From: Thermotogota bacterium
GTDB lineage: Bacteria; Thermotogota; Thermotogae; MWEM01
Assembly: GCA_036743375.1 (NCBI GenBank)
Contig: DAINPP010000009.1
Span: 1,030-65,029 of the forward strand
DNA length: 64,000 nucleotides
Reading direction: 5' to 3'
How positions within the stretch are numbered: position 1 is the first letter of the stretch; each line of letters starts with the position of its first letter. The notes beneath the pieces were generated by a model that saw nothing but the letters and a program-made list of their open reading frames with translations, was not told where the DNA came from and searched no databases. The translations under genes were made by a program, and so were the position numbers. Shown here piece by piece: positions 36,130 through 46,830 of this stretch.

Positions 36130-37112
36130 TCCCCACCTTTTGGCATCGTCTCACGCCAATTCCAGCATGATACGTAATGATTCTCACTGATCTTTTCCCT
36201 TTCAGGCGTCTTTTCACACTTTTCCGTCTTATACGGACATCTGAATCTGAAACGGCAGCCTTCTCCAATATTGAGAAGATGAGGCGGTGTTCCCTTGATT
36301 CCTTCAAGCGCCTTGTCCTTATATTGTATACCAACTTGAGGTAGAGATGCAATCAACGCTCTTGTATACGGGTGTTTCGCATGTTTGACCAGTTCATCCG
36401 TTGGTCCGATTTCCGCAAAATGACCGGCATACATGATCAATATCCGTTCGGCAATCTGATACAGAATTGACAGATCGTGTGTGATAAAGATTGAGGACCC
36501 TATGATCTTTTCGTCCCTGAGTTTCACAAGCATATTCGCCACAAATCGCTGTGAACTGACATCGAGTGCTGAAGTAATCTCATCGGCTATGATAAAATCC
36601 GGATCCAGCAGGGTGGAAATGATCATGATCATTCTCTGTTTCATCCCACCGGAAAGCTCTACGGAATACCTGTCGAGGGTGGAGGGATCGAGATTGATCA
36701 TCTCCAATCGTTCCCTGACTTTTTCAAAAAACTTTCTGTTCGGTTTTATGCCATGCTCCGAGACCAGATCGGATATAAATGTCCGAATCTTCTTTGTCGG
36801 ACTGAAGGCATCAAGTGCATACTGTGGAATAATCGAAATATTGTTCATCCGCATAGGTCTGAATTTCTTTTCAGGCAAGGTCATGATATTCGTTCCCAAC
36901 AGATTGGCCTCACCGGATATATATTTAAGCGGCGGTTTTCTCAGCATGAGCGCACTGGCTAAAGTACTCTTTCCACAACCGGATTCACCGGCCACACCGA
37001 GAATCTCCCCTCTTTTCACGTTAAAGGAAATCCCATCAAGTGCCTTGACATCTCCCTTCAGAATCCTGTAATAGGCTTTTAAATCCTTAATCTCCAATAC
37101 ATTCTCAGACAT
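36126..37112 (-). CDS. Opp/Dpp-family ABC ATPase (OppD-like)
   Basis: GESGCGKS, LSGGMKQR, C-terminal GCRFRFRCP...C...VSCW. Confidence 0.95.
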   Translation of the reverse strand: MSENVLEIKDLKAYYRILKGDVKALDGISFNVKRGEILGVAGESGCGKSTLASALMLRKPPLKYISGEANLLGTNIMTLPEKKFRPMRMNNISIIPQYALDAFSPTKKIRTFISDLVSEHGIKPNRKFFEKVRERLEMINLDPSTLDRYSVELSGGMKQRMIMIISTLLDPDFIIADEITSALDVSSQRFVANMLVKLRDEKIIGSSIFITHDLSILYQIAERILIMYAGHFAEIGPTDELVKHAKHPYTRALIASLPQVGIQYKDKALEGIKGTPPHLLNIGEGCRFRFRCPYKTEKCEKTPEREKISENHYVSCWNWRETMPKGGE

Positions 37113-37115
37113 AAG

Positions 37116-37982
37116 CTACATCTCCCTTAATCTCGGATTGAAGACTTCATCAAGTCCGGTGTTTATAAAGTAAAGTGAGACAATCAGGATGGTCAGTATG
37201 AGTCCCGGAATGATCGCCCACCACCAGAGTCCAAGCTGAATCGCGTTCCAGTTGACGGCATTCTGCATGATGAGTCCAAGCGAAACTCCCTGTGTTGGCC
37301 CAAGCCCGATAAATTCAAGACTGACGGCCGACAGGATGGTCCCGTTGAATTGAAGGATAAAAACCATAAATACATAGGAGAACATATTCGCTGCAATATC
37401 TTCAGCGATAATTCTTCTTACAGGCGTAGAAGAAATCCTCGAGAGGTTGACAAACTCCTTGTTTTTTAATGAGAGTGTCTGCGATCTGACTGCCCGAGCT
37501 GTCCATGTCCACGCCGTTAAACCGATGATGATACTTTCACTCAATATTCCCCGATAAGGCAGATAGGCCGACAGGATGATCAGCAGGGCAAGCGTTGGGA
37601 TGACCAGGAAGATATTGGTAATCATCATCAGGGATTCATCCGCAAATTTTCCACTGTAATATCCCGCAAAGAAGCCTATTACAAGTCCGACAACCGTAGC
37701 AATCGTACCACCAATAAGCCCGACGAGAAATGTAGATCTAAGACCGTAAACAACCCTCGTAAACACATCCTTCCCCATGATGGTTGTCCCAAACCAATGA
37801 TCGGCGCAGGGTGCCAGATAAGGCGCACCGGCAAATTCATCGTATTCATAAGGGGTCATTGAAGGACCGAATATTGCCAGAAATAAAATGGATAGAAAGA
37901 TAATCACACCAAAGATGACCTTCCCGTTTGTTGCCGCAAAATAAAGATTTTCATGTTTCTTCCAGAATTCACGCTTTGCCAT
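37116..37982 (-). CDS. Opp/Dpp-family ABC permease (OppC-like)
   Basis: HWFGTTIMGKDVF, ARAVRSQTLSLKNKEFV. Confidence 0.93.
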   Translation of the reverse strand: MAKREFWKKHENLYFAATNGKVIFGVIIFLSILFLAIFGPSMTPYEYDEFAGAPYLAPCADHWFGTTIMGKDVFTRVVYGLRSTFLVGLIGGTIATVVGLVIGFFAGYYSGKFADESLMMITNIFLVIPTLALLIILSAYLPYRGILSESIIIGLTAWTWTARAVRSQTLSLKNKEFVNLSRISSTPVRRIIAEDIAANMFSYVFMVFILQFNGTILSAVSLEFIGLGPTQGVSLGLIMQNAVNWNAIQLGLWWWAIIPGLILTILIVSLYFINTGLDEVFNPRLREM

Positions 37983-37985
37983 AAA

Positions 37986-38990
37986 TCACACCTCCCCGGA
38001 GAAAGAAAACCTGACTCTGGGATCTATCAACATATAAACGATATCTACGATGAAGTTGGCACAGAGCATGAAGATAACGAGGAACAGGAAACATCCCTGT
38101 ACGAGGAAATAATCCTGATTGACGATGGCCTTCAGCATCAGATAACCGAGTCCCGGATAGGAGAAGACAATTTCAGTCGTCATCGCACCGGCTACTATCG
38201 TACCAAGTTGTATGGCAAGACCGGAAACCTGAGGCAATACCCCGTTTCTGAAGGCATATTTTCTGATCAGATTATCCGAGGCGCCGAGCGATTCCATGTA
38301 CTTCGAATAATTAGAACCCATTTCATAAATAATCATATTTCTCATCCCAATCGCCCAGCCACCAAGCTGAACAAGGAAGAGGGTAAAGAACGGCAGGAAC
38401 CAATGATGCAGGAAATCACCTATGAAAGTTAAATTAAACCCGGGCTCAATCGTGGCGCTGTAGGCATTACTGATGGGGAACCATCCGAGCTGAACACCGA
38501 ATACGAAGGCAACCACCACGGCAAACCAGAAATAGGGGGATGATGTCAGGAAATAAAAAAACGGCATCATCGTGTTATCGGCTTTTTTATTCACTCCCGA
38601 GTACGCCCCGAGATTGTTTCCTATTACCCAGCTTAAAAGTATCGCAGGTAGAAGCAGAATCAAGTCATAAACAATCGCCTGTGCGATAATTTCACCTACA
38701 GGCTTTGGAAACATGTATATACTCGTTCCAAGATCTCCCTTGAACAAAGAACCCCAGAAATTTGCATACTGTTCCAGCATGGGTTTATCAAGTCCAAATG
38801 AAGATGTTATCTGTGCTTCAATAATCTCTCTTCCACCTTCCATACCTTCAAATCTCGAAAGCAGCATGGAAATCGGATCACCGGGCATAAATCGGGGGAT
38901 GGCCCAGTCAATGGTTACTGCAATAAAGAAAGTAAATAGATAAATAATCACTTTTTTGGTCAAATACTTTTTCATTTTCTTTGAGTACAA
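37986..38990 (-). CDS. Opp/Dpp-family ABC permease (OppB-like)
   Basis: IPRFMPGDP, FGLDKP, GDLGTS, VFSYPGLG, QDY. Confidence 0.93.
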   Translation of the reverse strand: MYSKKMKKYLTKKVIIYLFTFFIAVTIDWAIPRFMPGDPISMLLSRFEGMEGGREIIEAQITSSFGLDKPMLEQYANFWGSLFKGDLGTSIYMFPKPVGEIIAQAIVYDLILLLPAILLSWVIGNNLGAYSGVNKKADNTMMPFFYFLTSSPYFWFAVVVAFVFGVQLGWFPISNAYSATIEPGFNLTFIGDFLHHWFLPFFTLFLVQLGGWAIGMRNMIIYEMGSNYSKYMESLGASDNLIRKYAFRNGVLPQVSGLAIQLGTIVAGAMTTEIVFSYPGLGYLMLKAIVNQDYFLVQGCFLFLVIFMLCANFIVDIVYMLIDPRVRFSFSGEV

Positions 38991-39004
38991 CTCCTCTCTA
39001 AAGT

Positions 39005-39034
39005 AACAGGCCCCCCTACGGGCGGGGACCTGTT
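39005..39034 (-). terminator. Intercistronic hairpin after the oligosaccharide-binding protein gene
   Basis: AACAGG-CCCC...GGGG-a-CCTGTT GC-rich stem. Confidence 0.55.
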
Positions 39035-39057
39035 AAACTAAGGTTTAAATGACCGAA

Positions 39058-40728
39058 TTACTGTTTAAGATTGATGAGCATCTCAAGTGCTCCATACTGC
39101 CATTTTCCAGCCCATGAACATGGGTAACCTTCAGGATTGTCTTCTGTTGGCCAATTCTTCCATACACTTGATGTTGACTGTGCCCAGAGACCGTTGTACC
39201 AGAGAGGCACGGAAGGCATTGCCTCAAGCATGATCTGCTGAATTTCCGCTGCCTTATCCATGATTGCCGGATCCGTATCCTGCATCATGTTGAAATCATC
39301 GATAGCTGCAAACAATTCGGGGTTGTCGTATCTTCCGAAGTTTCCGTCCGTTACTTCTTCACCGTAAATTTCATCACAGACGACGTAATTCCAGTATGTC
39401 CAAGGTGTTGTACTCCTGGATGATGAGTTGTTGTTGATTGCCATATCGAATGAACCGTCATGGATCATATTGTTATAGATGGAATAATCCGGGAAATCAG
39501 GAACGGCATTAATTCCTACTGCCTTCAGGTTCGTTGCAAGGATCTTGATGGATTCCATCCAGTCTGTCCAACCATTGGGAACGATGATCTTGAAGCTGAT
39601 TGCGTTTCCATCTTTGTCTTCTCTCCATCCGTCTCCGTTTACGTCGACGTATCCGAGTTCATCGAGCATAGCCTTTGCCTTTTCAGGATTGTATGAGAAA
39701 CCGTATTCTTCAACGACTTCTTCAGAAAGGAACTTCGTCCAGCCTTCACCAAAGAGTCCTGTCGGATTTGCAACTTTTACCTGATTTTCAAATACCTTTT
39801 CCGCAATCATTGCAGGATTGAAGGCAAATGCAATAGCTCTTCTGAATCCAGCATCGTTTAATGCGGGTTTGGTGGCATTAAGGAAAAGAAGTGCTGTATT
39901 TTCTGAAAGCATGTAAGGGGAACCCTTGAACCATGTTGTGAGACCAAATGTGTCTTTGATCTTTGGAACACCAGGAATGAAGAAGTTACTGAGGTCGAGT
40001 TCGCCTTTCATAAGCATTCCAAGTGCAACGTTGTTTCCATTAACCACGAGATTAATGAGATATTTTGGCTTCGGCTGACCCATTACGTCATTTCCCCACC
40101 AGTTTTCATTTCTAACCCAGATCATTCTGTCCTGACCTGTTGCTTCCATCATGTAAGGACCTGTACCAACCGGGTTTGCATTTGCCGTTGTCAAATATTC
40201 TGAAGGATCCATTGCTTCCCAGATATGTTTTGGAAGGATTCTGAGATCGTAAAGCGTTCTCTTCCATTCCTGATAATGTACATTATCGTTAAATGTGAAT
40301 CTGACTTTGTAAGGTGTTACTGCTTCTACCTTATCCAACCATTTCCAGATGTTGGAGTAATGAAGTGCGTTGTCTTTTGCCACTTCAAAGGTGAAAACAA
40401 CATCGTCAGCCGTAAAGGATTTTCCGTCTGTCCATTTCACACCTTTTCTCAGTTCAGCTTCATAAACCTTTGATCCAATCCATTCTCCCGATGTTGCGAG
40501 ATAAGGAACAAATTCATCTGTTGTCGGGTAATAGAGGAAAAGATATTCATAAACAAGCCCACCTGTTCCGGTTGTTTCCTGCCATGGTGTAAGTGGATTC
40601 CAGTTAGTTGGTGCATTCCAGAGCCCTCCACCGTAAACGAATGTTTCTGAGCGATCGTAAGCAAATGATGTTGCCGCAACAAATAAAACTAATGCAACTG
40701 CCAAAAAGACCTTCCAATGACCTTTCAT
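39058..40728 (-). CDS. Family-5 (Opp-type) solute-binding protein, beta-mannoside/cellobiose-binding type
   Basis: Signal peptide; WNAPTNWNP, WTDGKSFTADDVVFTF, GTGPY, NNVALGMLMKGELDLSNF, VPNGWTDW. Resembles the Thermotoga oligosaccharide-binding proteins as recalled; adjacent to a GH2 mannosidase. Confidence 0.88.
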   Translation of the reverse strand: MKGHWKVFLAVALVLFVAATSFAYDRSETFVYGGGLWNAPTNWNPLTPWQETTGTGGLVYEYLFLYYPTTDEFVPYLATSGEWIGSKVYEAELRKGVKWTDGKSFTADDVVFTFEVAKDNALHYSNIWKWLDKVEAVTPYKVRFTFNDNVHYQEWKRTLYDLRILPKHIWEAMDPSEYLTTANANPVGTGPYMMEATGQDRMIWVRNENWWGNDVMGQPKPKYLINLVVNGNNVALGMLMKGELDLSNFFIPGVPKIKDTFGLTTWFKGSPYMLSENTALLFLNATKPALNDAGFRRAIAFAFNPAMIAEKVFENQVKVANPTGLFGEGWTKFLSEEVVEEYGFSYNPEKAKAMLDELGYVDVNGDGWREDKDGNAISFKIIVPNGWTDWMESIKILATNLKAVGINAVPDFPDYSIYNNMIHDGSFDMAINNNSSSRSTTPWTYWNYVVCDEIYGEEVTDGNFGRYDNPELFAAIDDFNMMQDTDPAIMDKAAEIQQIMLEAMPSVPLWYNGLWAQSTSSVWKNWPTEDNPEGYPCSWAGKWQYGALEMLINLKQ

Positions 40729-40825
40729 ACAAACACCTCTTTTAATAGATTTTTTTTACAACAGTTTTCATGCCCACCCATTTTGCCCTATTCATGAAAA
40801 TTATGCTGTTCAAAAGAACTATATA

Positions 40826-40841
40826 ATGAAACATGATACAT
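40826..40841. promoter_or_regulatory. Operator ATGAAACATGATACAT upstream of the Opp-type operon
   Basis: Near-palindrome with CATG centre; recurs at 43610. Confidence 0.7.
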
Positions 40842-40991
40842 CTTGAATTTTTTAAAACCTAATTACACCTGATTATTCAGAAATATTCAGAATTATGTAC
40901 AAATCCTTTACTTTTTCGGATTGTTTCAGAAAACAATGAAACAGCCAAACTTGGATAACGCTCTATACGCATCGATGCAGCTTTTTAAAAT

Positions 40992-41020
40992 AAAAAAAGC
41001 ACAGTTTCCCGTGCTTTTTT
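40992..41020 (-). terminator. Intrinsic terminator after the beta-mannosidase gene
   Basis: AAAAAAAGCAC...GTGCTTTTTT. Confidence 0.7.
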
Positions 41021-41044
41021 GAAAATCATCTTTACTTATTAAAA

Positions 41045-43564
41045 TTACTCTCTTGTTATTTCAAACAGGCTTCTTACAATCAGATCTTCAGGTTTCATCT
41101 CTTTTTCAGATTTAAAATGTATCACTTTTCTTGTCCCGTCGAAGGAGAAATAATTGTCATCAAAGATCATATGATCATTACAAACAGACTCTTTAATATC
41201 GATAAAGCAATAGATGACCGGAACGGTCGAAGAAACGGCAATCTCGTATGAATTTCCGTTTCTTTTCAGCGAATAATCGAAAAAGGGTTTTTTAAGGTTC
41301 AGCTTCTTAGGAATACAGAACAGTTTAAAGCCTTCGGAAATGAGGGTTTTATCGTTGTCATACAACTTGAAGAAAGCAATTGACTCTTCAGCAACTGCCT
41401 TTATTTCCTTCAGAGAAATCTTTTTAACACCCTTTGAAGATAGCCTTTCAACCTTAATCTTTTCCCCTTTTGAATAAAGCACTTCACCTTCCGTAGAAAG
41501 GACACTGAGTTCGTAGAACCCTGAAAAATCCTCGTTGAGATCGTTGCTTATCCAGACCTCAAGGTCTTTATCCGTTTCCAGACCACTGATCATAAGCGGA
41601 TTGAAGAAACGCTTTGCCACATAATGCAAAGCCTTCCAACGGCCGTAATAATCGATAGAAGACCAGCTTGCCACCGGCCAGCAATCGTTCACCTGCCAGT
41701 ACAAGGCCCCCATACAATGATAATCGTTCCTGTTCTGCCTCCAGTGTTCCACACCATACTGCATGGCTTCCGCCTGAGAAAGCTGTGAAAGAACAATCTG
41801 TTTGTCAAAACTCTGAGGAATGGAAAACTGTTTCTCCATATAATCGTAGATTTTTTTGTTTCCCGCCGGATTTTTCTGATGATTCTCCATGATTTCACTG
41901 TCATAAGCCATCTGTTCTTCCGGACAGAAAGCCCTGATCGTCTTGATATCCGGGAAAGATTCAAATCCGAATTCAGACATAAACCGCGAGTTAAATTCCC
42001 TGTAGGATTCGAGTGGATACCCTTCATGCCAGACCTTCCAGTAATGCGAATCCCCATAGTTCTCAGATTCAGGATCATTGAAATTACCACCCGATGACGG
42101 TGAACTCGGCCAGTACGGACGTACACCATCGAACGTTTTCACATAGGCGGGCAGTATTTCTTCAAATAGTCTCAGATAGAATTGTTTCAATTCCGGAACG
42201 AATTTCTCAAATCCCCAGCAAACCCAGCCTATTTCCATCTCGTTATTACCGACCCAGATGGCCAGTGACGGATGATTTCTCAAACGCCTTATGTTATCTT
42301 CCGCTTCCCGTTTGACATTTTCCTCAAATCCTTCAAAATCCGGGGTGGGTCTACACGCAAAGGTAAAATCCTGCCAGACAAGAATTCCCATTTTATCACA
42401 ATAATCATAGAATTCGTCATCCTCATAGATACCGCCACCCCAGACCCTTATCATATTCATGTTGGCCTTCAGACAATCATCAATAACCTTTTCATGTAAT
42501 CTGTTTCTTCTCCCCCGTACAATCAGAGAATCTGAGGGAATCCAATTTACCCCTTTGGCAAACACAGGGATCCCGTTCAGTTCAAAATAGAAGGTTTCTC
42601 CCCATCTGTCTGCTCTTCTGATGAGATTGATCTCACGGATCCCGAATTTCAAAGTCTTGACGTCGATGACCTCTCCGTCTTTGATCAGTGACGCCGTGAT
42701 CTCGTAAAGTTCAGGTGTTCCGAGTTCCTTCGTCCACCATAAAACCGGAGACCCTACTTCTATCTCGCTTAATAGGGTTCTGTCGGATATTGCGGCGACA
42801 GATTCATGTACCACTTTTTCTTTATTCCTGACGGTATATTGAACGGTAAGAGAAGCTGAATCATCAGGAATCAAAGGCTCTGATAAAACGAGTTCTGTCT
42901 TTAAGATTGCTTTTTCCGCCATTCCGGGTTCTGAAAATGTTAGCTCTGTACGGATGGCAAGATCCTCTATCATCCGATTGCAGGTATGGAGTTCCACTGC
43001 TCTCCAGATCCCCATGTCCGGTATACGCGGTCCCCAATCCCAGCCAAATGAGTAGTAGGCCTTTCTCAAGGTTTCGATTCCCGGAATTTGAAAGTTATGT
43101 GATCCGATATCATCGATATCAAATCCCATATCCTCGACTCGTCTACGAGCTTCCGCAACAGGACTTTTAAAAACGACACGAAGGGAGTTTTCACTTTTCA
43201 AAATGTTCTTTCCGGGTTTTTTCAGATAGCAGTCATAAGTGCGATGCATGTTGTCGCCACTGAGTATCCGTTCATCGTTAAAATAAACCTCGACAATCGT
43301 ATCAAGTCCCTTGAATCTGAGGATGACAATCTCCGTATTAAGCATATCTTCTGGTGCATAAAGCTTCATGGAATATTCCCAGTCGTTTTCATAAACCCAC
43401 TTGGCATCAAATTCATTCATTCCATAAAAAGGATCGGGAATCACCGAATTATCCAACAGTGTTTCATAAACGGTTCCCGGAACAACGGCCGGATACGATT
43501 CGGTCCCGCCTGTCATTTTCAGGCTCCAACCCTCTGTTAACGCGATAATATTATGTTTTTTCAT
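41045..43564 (-). CDS. manB: Beta-mannosidase (GH2)
   Basis: RKAYYSFGWDWGP, FAKGVNWIP, NMNMIRVWGGG.YE, VWQDF, RLRNHPS..IWVGNNE, GDSHYW, RFMSEFGFES, GALYWQVNDCWP. Confidence 0.93.
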   Translation of the reverse strand: MKKHNIIALTEGWSLKMTGGTESYPAVVPGTVYETLLDNSVIPDPFYGMNEFDAKWVYENDWEYSMKLYAPEDMLNTEIVILRFKGLDTIVEVYFNDERILSGDNMHRTYDCYLKKPGKNILKSENSLRVVFKSPVAEARRRVEDMGFDIDDIGSHNFQIPGIETLRKAYYSFGWDWGPRIPDMGIWRAVELHTCNRMIEDLAIRTELTFSEPGMAEKAILKTELVLSEPLIPDDSASLTVQYTVRNKEKVVHESVAAISDRTLLSEIEVGSPVLWWTKELGTPELYEITASLIKDGEVIDVKTLKFGIREINLIRRADRWGETFYFELNGIPVFAKGVNWIPSDSLIVRGRRNRLHEKVIDDCLKANMNMIRVWGGGIYEDDEFYDYCDKMGILVWQDFTFACRPTPDFEGFEENVKREAEDNIRRLRNHPSLAIWVGNNEMEIGWVCWGFEKFVPELKQFYLRLFEEILPAYVKTFDGVRPYWPSSPSSGGNFNDPESENYGDSHYWKVWHEGYPLESYREFNSRFMSEFGFESFPDIKTIRAFCPEEQMAYDSEIMENHQKNPAGNKKIYDYMEKQFSIPQSFDKQIVLSQLSQAEAMQYGVEHWRQNRNDYHCMGALYWQVNDCWPVASWSSIDYYGRWKALHYVAKRFFNPLMISGLETDKDLEVWISNDLNEDFSGFYELSVLSTEGEVLYSKGEKIKVERLSSKGVKKISLKEIKAVAEESIAFFKLYDNDKTLISEGFKLFCIPKKLNLKKPFFDYSLKRNGNSYEIAVSSTVPVIYCFIDIKESVCNDHMIFDDNYFSFDGTRKVIHFKSEKEMKPEDLIVRSLFEITRE

Positions 43565-43609
43565 ATAAATTCCCCTTTACAGTATAAAATTCTACGAGGA
43601 TATTTAATC

Positions 43610-43625
43610 ATGAAACATGTTACAT
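43610..43625. promoter_or_regulatory. Operator ATGAAACATGTTACAT upstream of the beta-mannosidase gene
   Basis: 15/16 identical to the 40826 site; one mismatch from a perfect palindrome. Confidence 0.72.
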
Positions 43626-45353
43626 TCAAAAAACGGGGTCTACGAATTCAAATGTCCGCGTGTCGATTAACCCAAGGTTTGTAATCTTAAGCTCCGGTAT
43701 GACTTCAAGCTGTATGAATGAAAGGGCCATAAACGGATTTTCCAGGATGCATCCAAGCTCCTCCCTTGCCGCACGTTGAAGCTCCAGTTTTTTCTCAACG
43801 ACGGTCTCGAGGGGTTCTGAAGACATCAGTCCGGCAACCGACAAGGGCAGAGACGCAATGACCTTCCCGTTCAATGCCACAGACATCCCCCCCTTATTGG
43901 CAATCACATCGTTAAGCGCACAGGCCATATCCCCTTCATTTTTCCCCGTAACGGATATGTTATGAGAATCATGTCCTACAGAAAGGGCAATGGCTCCGTC
44001 TTTAAGACCTATTCCGGAGACAAATGCCATCGAAAACTGCTTCTCAGTCGTATAACGGTTGATAACCGCCACTTTTGCAAAGTCTATTCCCGAGAGATCC
44101 GGTTCCCCGTTGATAATCTCCGTTTCCTCTATCACTTCTCTGGTCAGGACGGACTCACCGAAGACCTTTATCCCCCTGAGTCGAGCCCGGTCCTTTTTTA
44201 TTTTCATCAGAAAATCCTCTGCCGCATAATAGGGACATCTGACGGTGTTTTCAACATTTCTGAAGCTTTCAAAGGCAGGCGGAAAATGTGCGACACATTC
44301 CCCTTTTTCAGCCACTATCTTCGAATCCTTTATCACCATTTCCGGATAGAAATCGTTCAGGTTGGAGGTTACCACCATATCCGCCTTGTATCCCGGGGCA
44401 ATGGCCCCCATACTTCTTAACCCGTAATGGCGTGCCGTGTTGATCGTGGCAATTCGGATAGCTGTGATAGGATCCACACCGTTTTTAACGCTGATCCTGA
44501 TCATCTCATCCACATCGCCCTTCAGTATATCCTCCGCATGTTTATCATCACTGCAGAAGGACAGATAGGGTTCCGTTTTATCGTTCACAATCGGAAGGAG
44601 ATTTTCCAGATCCCTTTCACCGCTTCCATATCTCATCAGGACCTGCATACCGCAGGAAAGTTTTTCATAGGCCTCTTCTGCCGTTGTACTCTCATGATCC
44701 GATTTGATAAAGGCAGCCGCATACGCGTTGAGATCCTTACCCGAAAGTCCCGGGGCATGCCCGTCTATCTTCTTGTATTTATGTCTGAAAAGCTCTATCA
44801 TCGTCAGCAGGTTTTCATCCTTATTCAGGATACCGGGATAATTCATGACTTCACCAAGGCCAAGAACCCTCGGGTGTTTCTCGATAAATCCGATCATGTC
44901 CATTACCCGGACATCCGCCCCGTTTGTCTCCATGGCAGTAGCCGGTACACAGGACGGAAGCATGAAATAGATATTCAGTGGAACCCCCTCGGTATAATCC
45001 AGGAAAAACTGAACCCCTTCAAGCCCCATCACGTTGGCTATTTCATGCGGATCGGCAATAACCGTCGTCGTTCCCCTTGCCAGTACGGCCCTGGCAAACT
45101 CTCTCGGCTCAAGCAGACTGCTTTCTATATGAAGATGGGCATTGATCAATCCGGGAACGAGATATTTCCCTTCAAGATCGATAATCTCCTTTCCCTTTTC
45201 ATAATCCCCCACACCCGCTATTCTCTTCCTGTATATGGCAACGTTTGTCTTTTTCACATCGCCTGAAAACACATTAACAACACGTGCATTTCTGATCAGC
45301 AAATCAGCCGGAACTTCTCCCCTCGCAACCGGAATAATCTCAATCGCTCTCAT
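43626..45353 (-). CDS. ade: Adenine deaminase
   Basis: PGLINAHLHIESS, DPHEIANV, LGEVMNYP, IDGHAP, SDHES, FCSDDKH, VGHDSHN. Likely start ATG 45353. Confidence 0.95.
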   Translation of the reverse strand: MRAIEIIPVARGEVPADLLIRNARVVNVFSGDVKKTNVAIYRKRIAGVGDYEKGKEIIDLEGKYLVPGLINAHLHIESSLLEPREFARAVLARGTTTVIADPHEIANVMGLEGVQFFLDYTEGVPLNIYFMLPSCVPATAMETNGADVRVMDMIGFIEKHPRVLGLGEVMNYPGILNKDENLLTMIELFRHKYKKIDGHAPGLSGKDLNAYAAAFIKSDHESTTAEEAYEKLSCGMQVLMRYGSGERDLENLLPIVNDKTEPYLSFCSDDKHAEDILKGDVDEMIRISVKNGVDPITAIRIATINTARHYGLRSMGAIAPGYKADMVVTSNLNDFYPEMVIKDSKIVAEKGECVAHFPPAFESFRNVENTVRCPYYAAEDFLMKIKKDRARLRGIKVFGESVLTREVIEETEIINGEPDLSGIDFAKVAVINRYTTEKQFSMAFVSGIGLKDGAIALSVGHDSHNISVTGKNEGDMACALNDVIANKGGMSVALNGKVIASLPLSVAGLMSSEPLETVVEKKLELQRAAREELGCILENPFMALSFIQLEVIPELKITNLGLIDTRTFEFVDPVF

Positions 45354-45369
45354 CAAATCCCTCCCCTTT

Positions 45370-46287
45370 TTATTTGTGTCTCTTTGAACAAACGCCATAT
45401 TTCTCATCTTCTTCTACATTTCCAAGTGGCTCGACATGGATCAGCACATCATAAACATGTTCAACATGTTCCTTAATGCTCTTTTCCACCTGTCTCGCTA
45501 TCTCATGACTCGCGGTGACGGTCATCTGCCCATCCACCTCTATATCGAGATCTATGATCAAATAGGCCCCTATCTTCCTTATCCTTGCCTTGTGAGGATT
45601 ATAGGCACCTTCGACAATACCGACCGCGTGAAATATCTGATTGTAAACCGATGTATCCTCTACCCCTTCCATCAGTTCATGATTCTCTTCATAAAAGATC
45701 TCTATGGCCACTTTGATGATCCATACGCCAAGGAATAGCGCGACGATCTTATCCAATATCGGTAAATTGAACACGTAGGTAAAGATAAGACCTATCAGGA
45801 CACTGGATGACAGGAAGACATCATTTCTCATATTTTTGGCGTCAGCGATCAGCATGGAACTCTTCTCCCTCTTACCCGTCGAATATTTGTACCAGGCCAA
45901 AAATATTTTAACGATGATGGAAAAGATCGTAACGTATATGGCCGGAGCGGAAGGGATTTGAGAAACTTCTCCGGAAAAGATCCGTTGAATGGAAGTGATG
46001 ATCAGTTGTATTCCCGCATAAAAAATGATAAAGGCCAATATGCCTGTTGCAATGGTTTCCGCACGGCCATGCCCGTAAGGATGCTCTTCATCCGGTGGTT
46101 TGTCTATTATCTTTGTCACCCACAGGGTAAGAAATGAGGTCAGGATATCCGTCGTACTGTCTATCCCGTCACCGATAACGGCAAAACTACCTGTAACGGC
46201 CCCCGTAAATATCTTCAGAACCGCCAGAATAGTGTTACCTATCACTCCAATCCATGACGCTCTTTTTATGTTTTGTATCCTGTTCAA
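45370..46287 (-). CDS. Cation diffusion facilitator (FieF-like)
   Basis: AVIGDGIDS, HPYGHGRAE, ADAKNMRND, C-terminal IHVEP. Confidence 0.93.
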   Translation of the reverse strand: MNRIQNIKRASWIGVIGNTILAVLKIFTGAVTGSFAVIGDGIDSTTDILTSFLTLWVTKIIDKPPDEEHPYGHGRAETIATGILAFIIFYAGIQLIITSIQRIFSGEVSQIPSAPAIYVTIFSIIVKIFLAWYKYSTGKREKSSMLIADAKNMRNDVFLSSSVLIGLIFTYVFNLPILDKIVALFLGVWIIKVAIEIFYEENHELMEGVEDTSVYNQIFHAVGIVEGAYNPHKARIRKIGAYLIIDLDIEVDGQMTVTASHEIARQVEKSIKEHVEHVYDVLIHVEPLGNVEEDEKYGVCSKRHK

Positions 46288-46502
46288 ATATATTCCTCCC
46301 TTTAATCAGTCTTAATTTTTCTATTTTACCTTATTATGCATGCCTAAGACAAGTGAAGTGTCAGCAAATAGCAAAATAATGATGACTAATATTTAAAATA
46401 AAAAAAAAGTATCGGTTTTACAAATATAATGGTATAATCACGGGTATGACCTGAGATGGTGTACAATGAAGCATATTTTTTATATATTTTGGAGGGTGTA
46501 TT

Positions 46503-46775
46503 ATGAATAAACTTCAACTCGTTAAAGCACTTGCAGAATCAACAAACACTTCACAGAAACAGGCAGAACTGTTCCTCAACGAATTCCTTAAAACGGTAAC
46601 TGATGAATTGACAGAGGGAAATGAAGTTAAACTCGTTGGATTTGGAACTTTTAAGACGAAGGTAAATGAAGCAAGAAAGGGTATTAACCCACAGACAAAG
46701 GAAGAAATCGATATTCCTAAAAAGAGGGTTCCGAAGTTCGTTCCAGGAAAAGAACTCAAAGAAAACGTAAAATAA
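46503..46775 (+). CDS. hup: DNA-binding protein HU
   Basis: MNKLQLVKALA...VKLVGFGTF...ARKGINPQTKEEIDIP...PKFVPGKELK. Confidence 0.97.
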   Translation: MNKLQLVKALAESTNTSQKQAELFLNEFLKTVTDELTEGNEVKLVGFGTFKTKVNEARKGINPQTKEEIDIPKKRVPKFVPGKELKENVK

Positions 46776-46797
46776 GAACTATCGCAATATTCAGTCG

Positions 46798-46830
46798 AGA
46801 TGGCCTGTTCCTACAGGCCATCTTTTGTTT
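46798..46830. terminator. Bidirectional terminator (hup / HD-GYP)
   Basis: AGATGGCCTGT-tcct-ACAGGCCATCT followed by TTTGTTTT. Confidence 0.75.

Noticed and set aside
44427-45266. Long alternative-strand ORFs from the track (e.g. 44427-45266, 63357-63998, 49363-49974, 7385-8035, 36481-37071)
   Set aside because: They are antisense shadows of well-supported genes, with no motifs, SD or typical composition.
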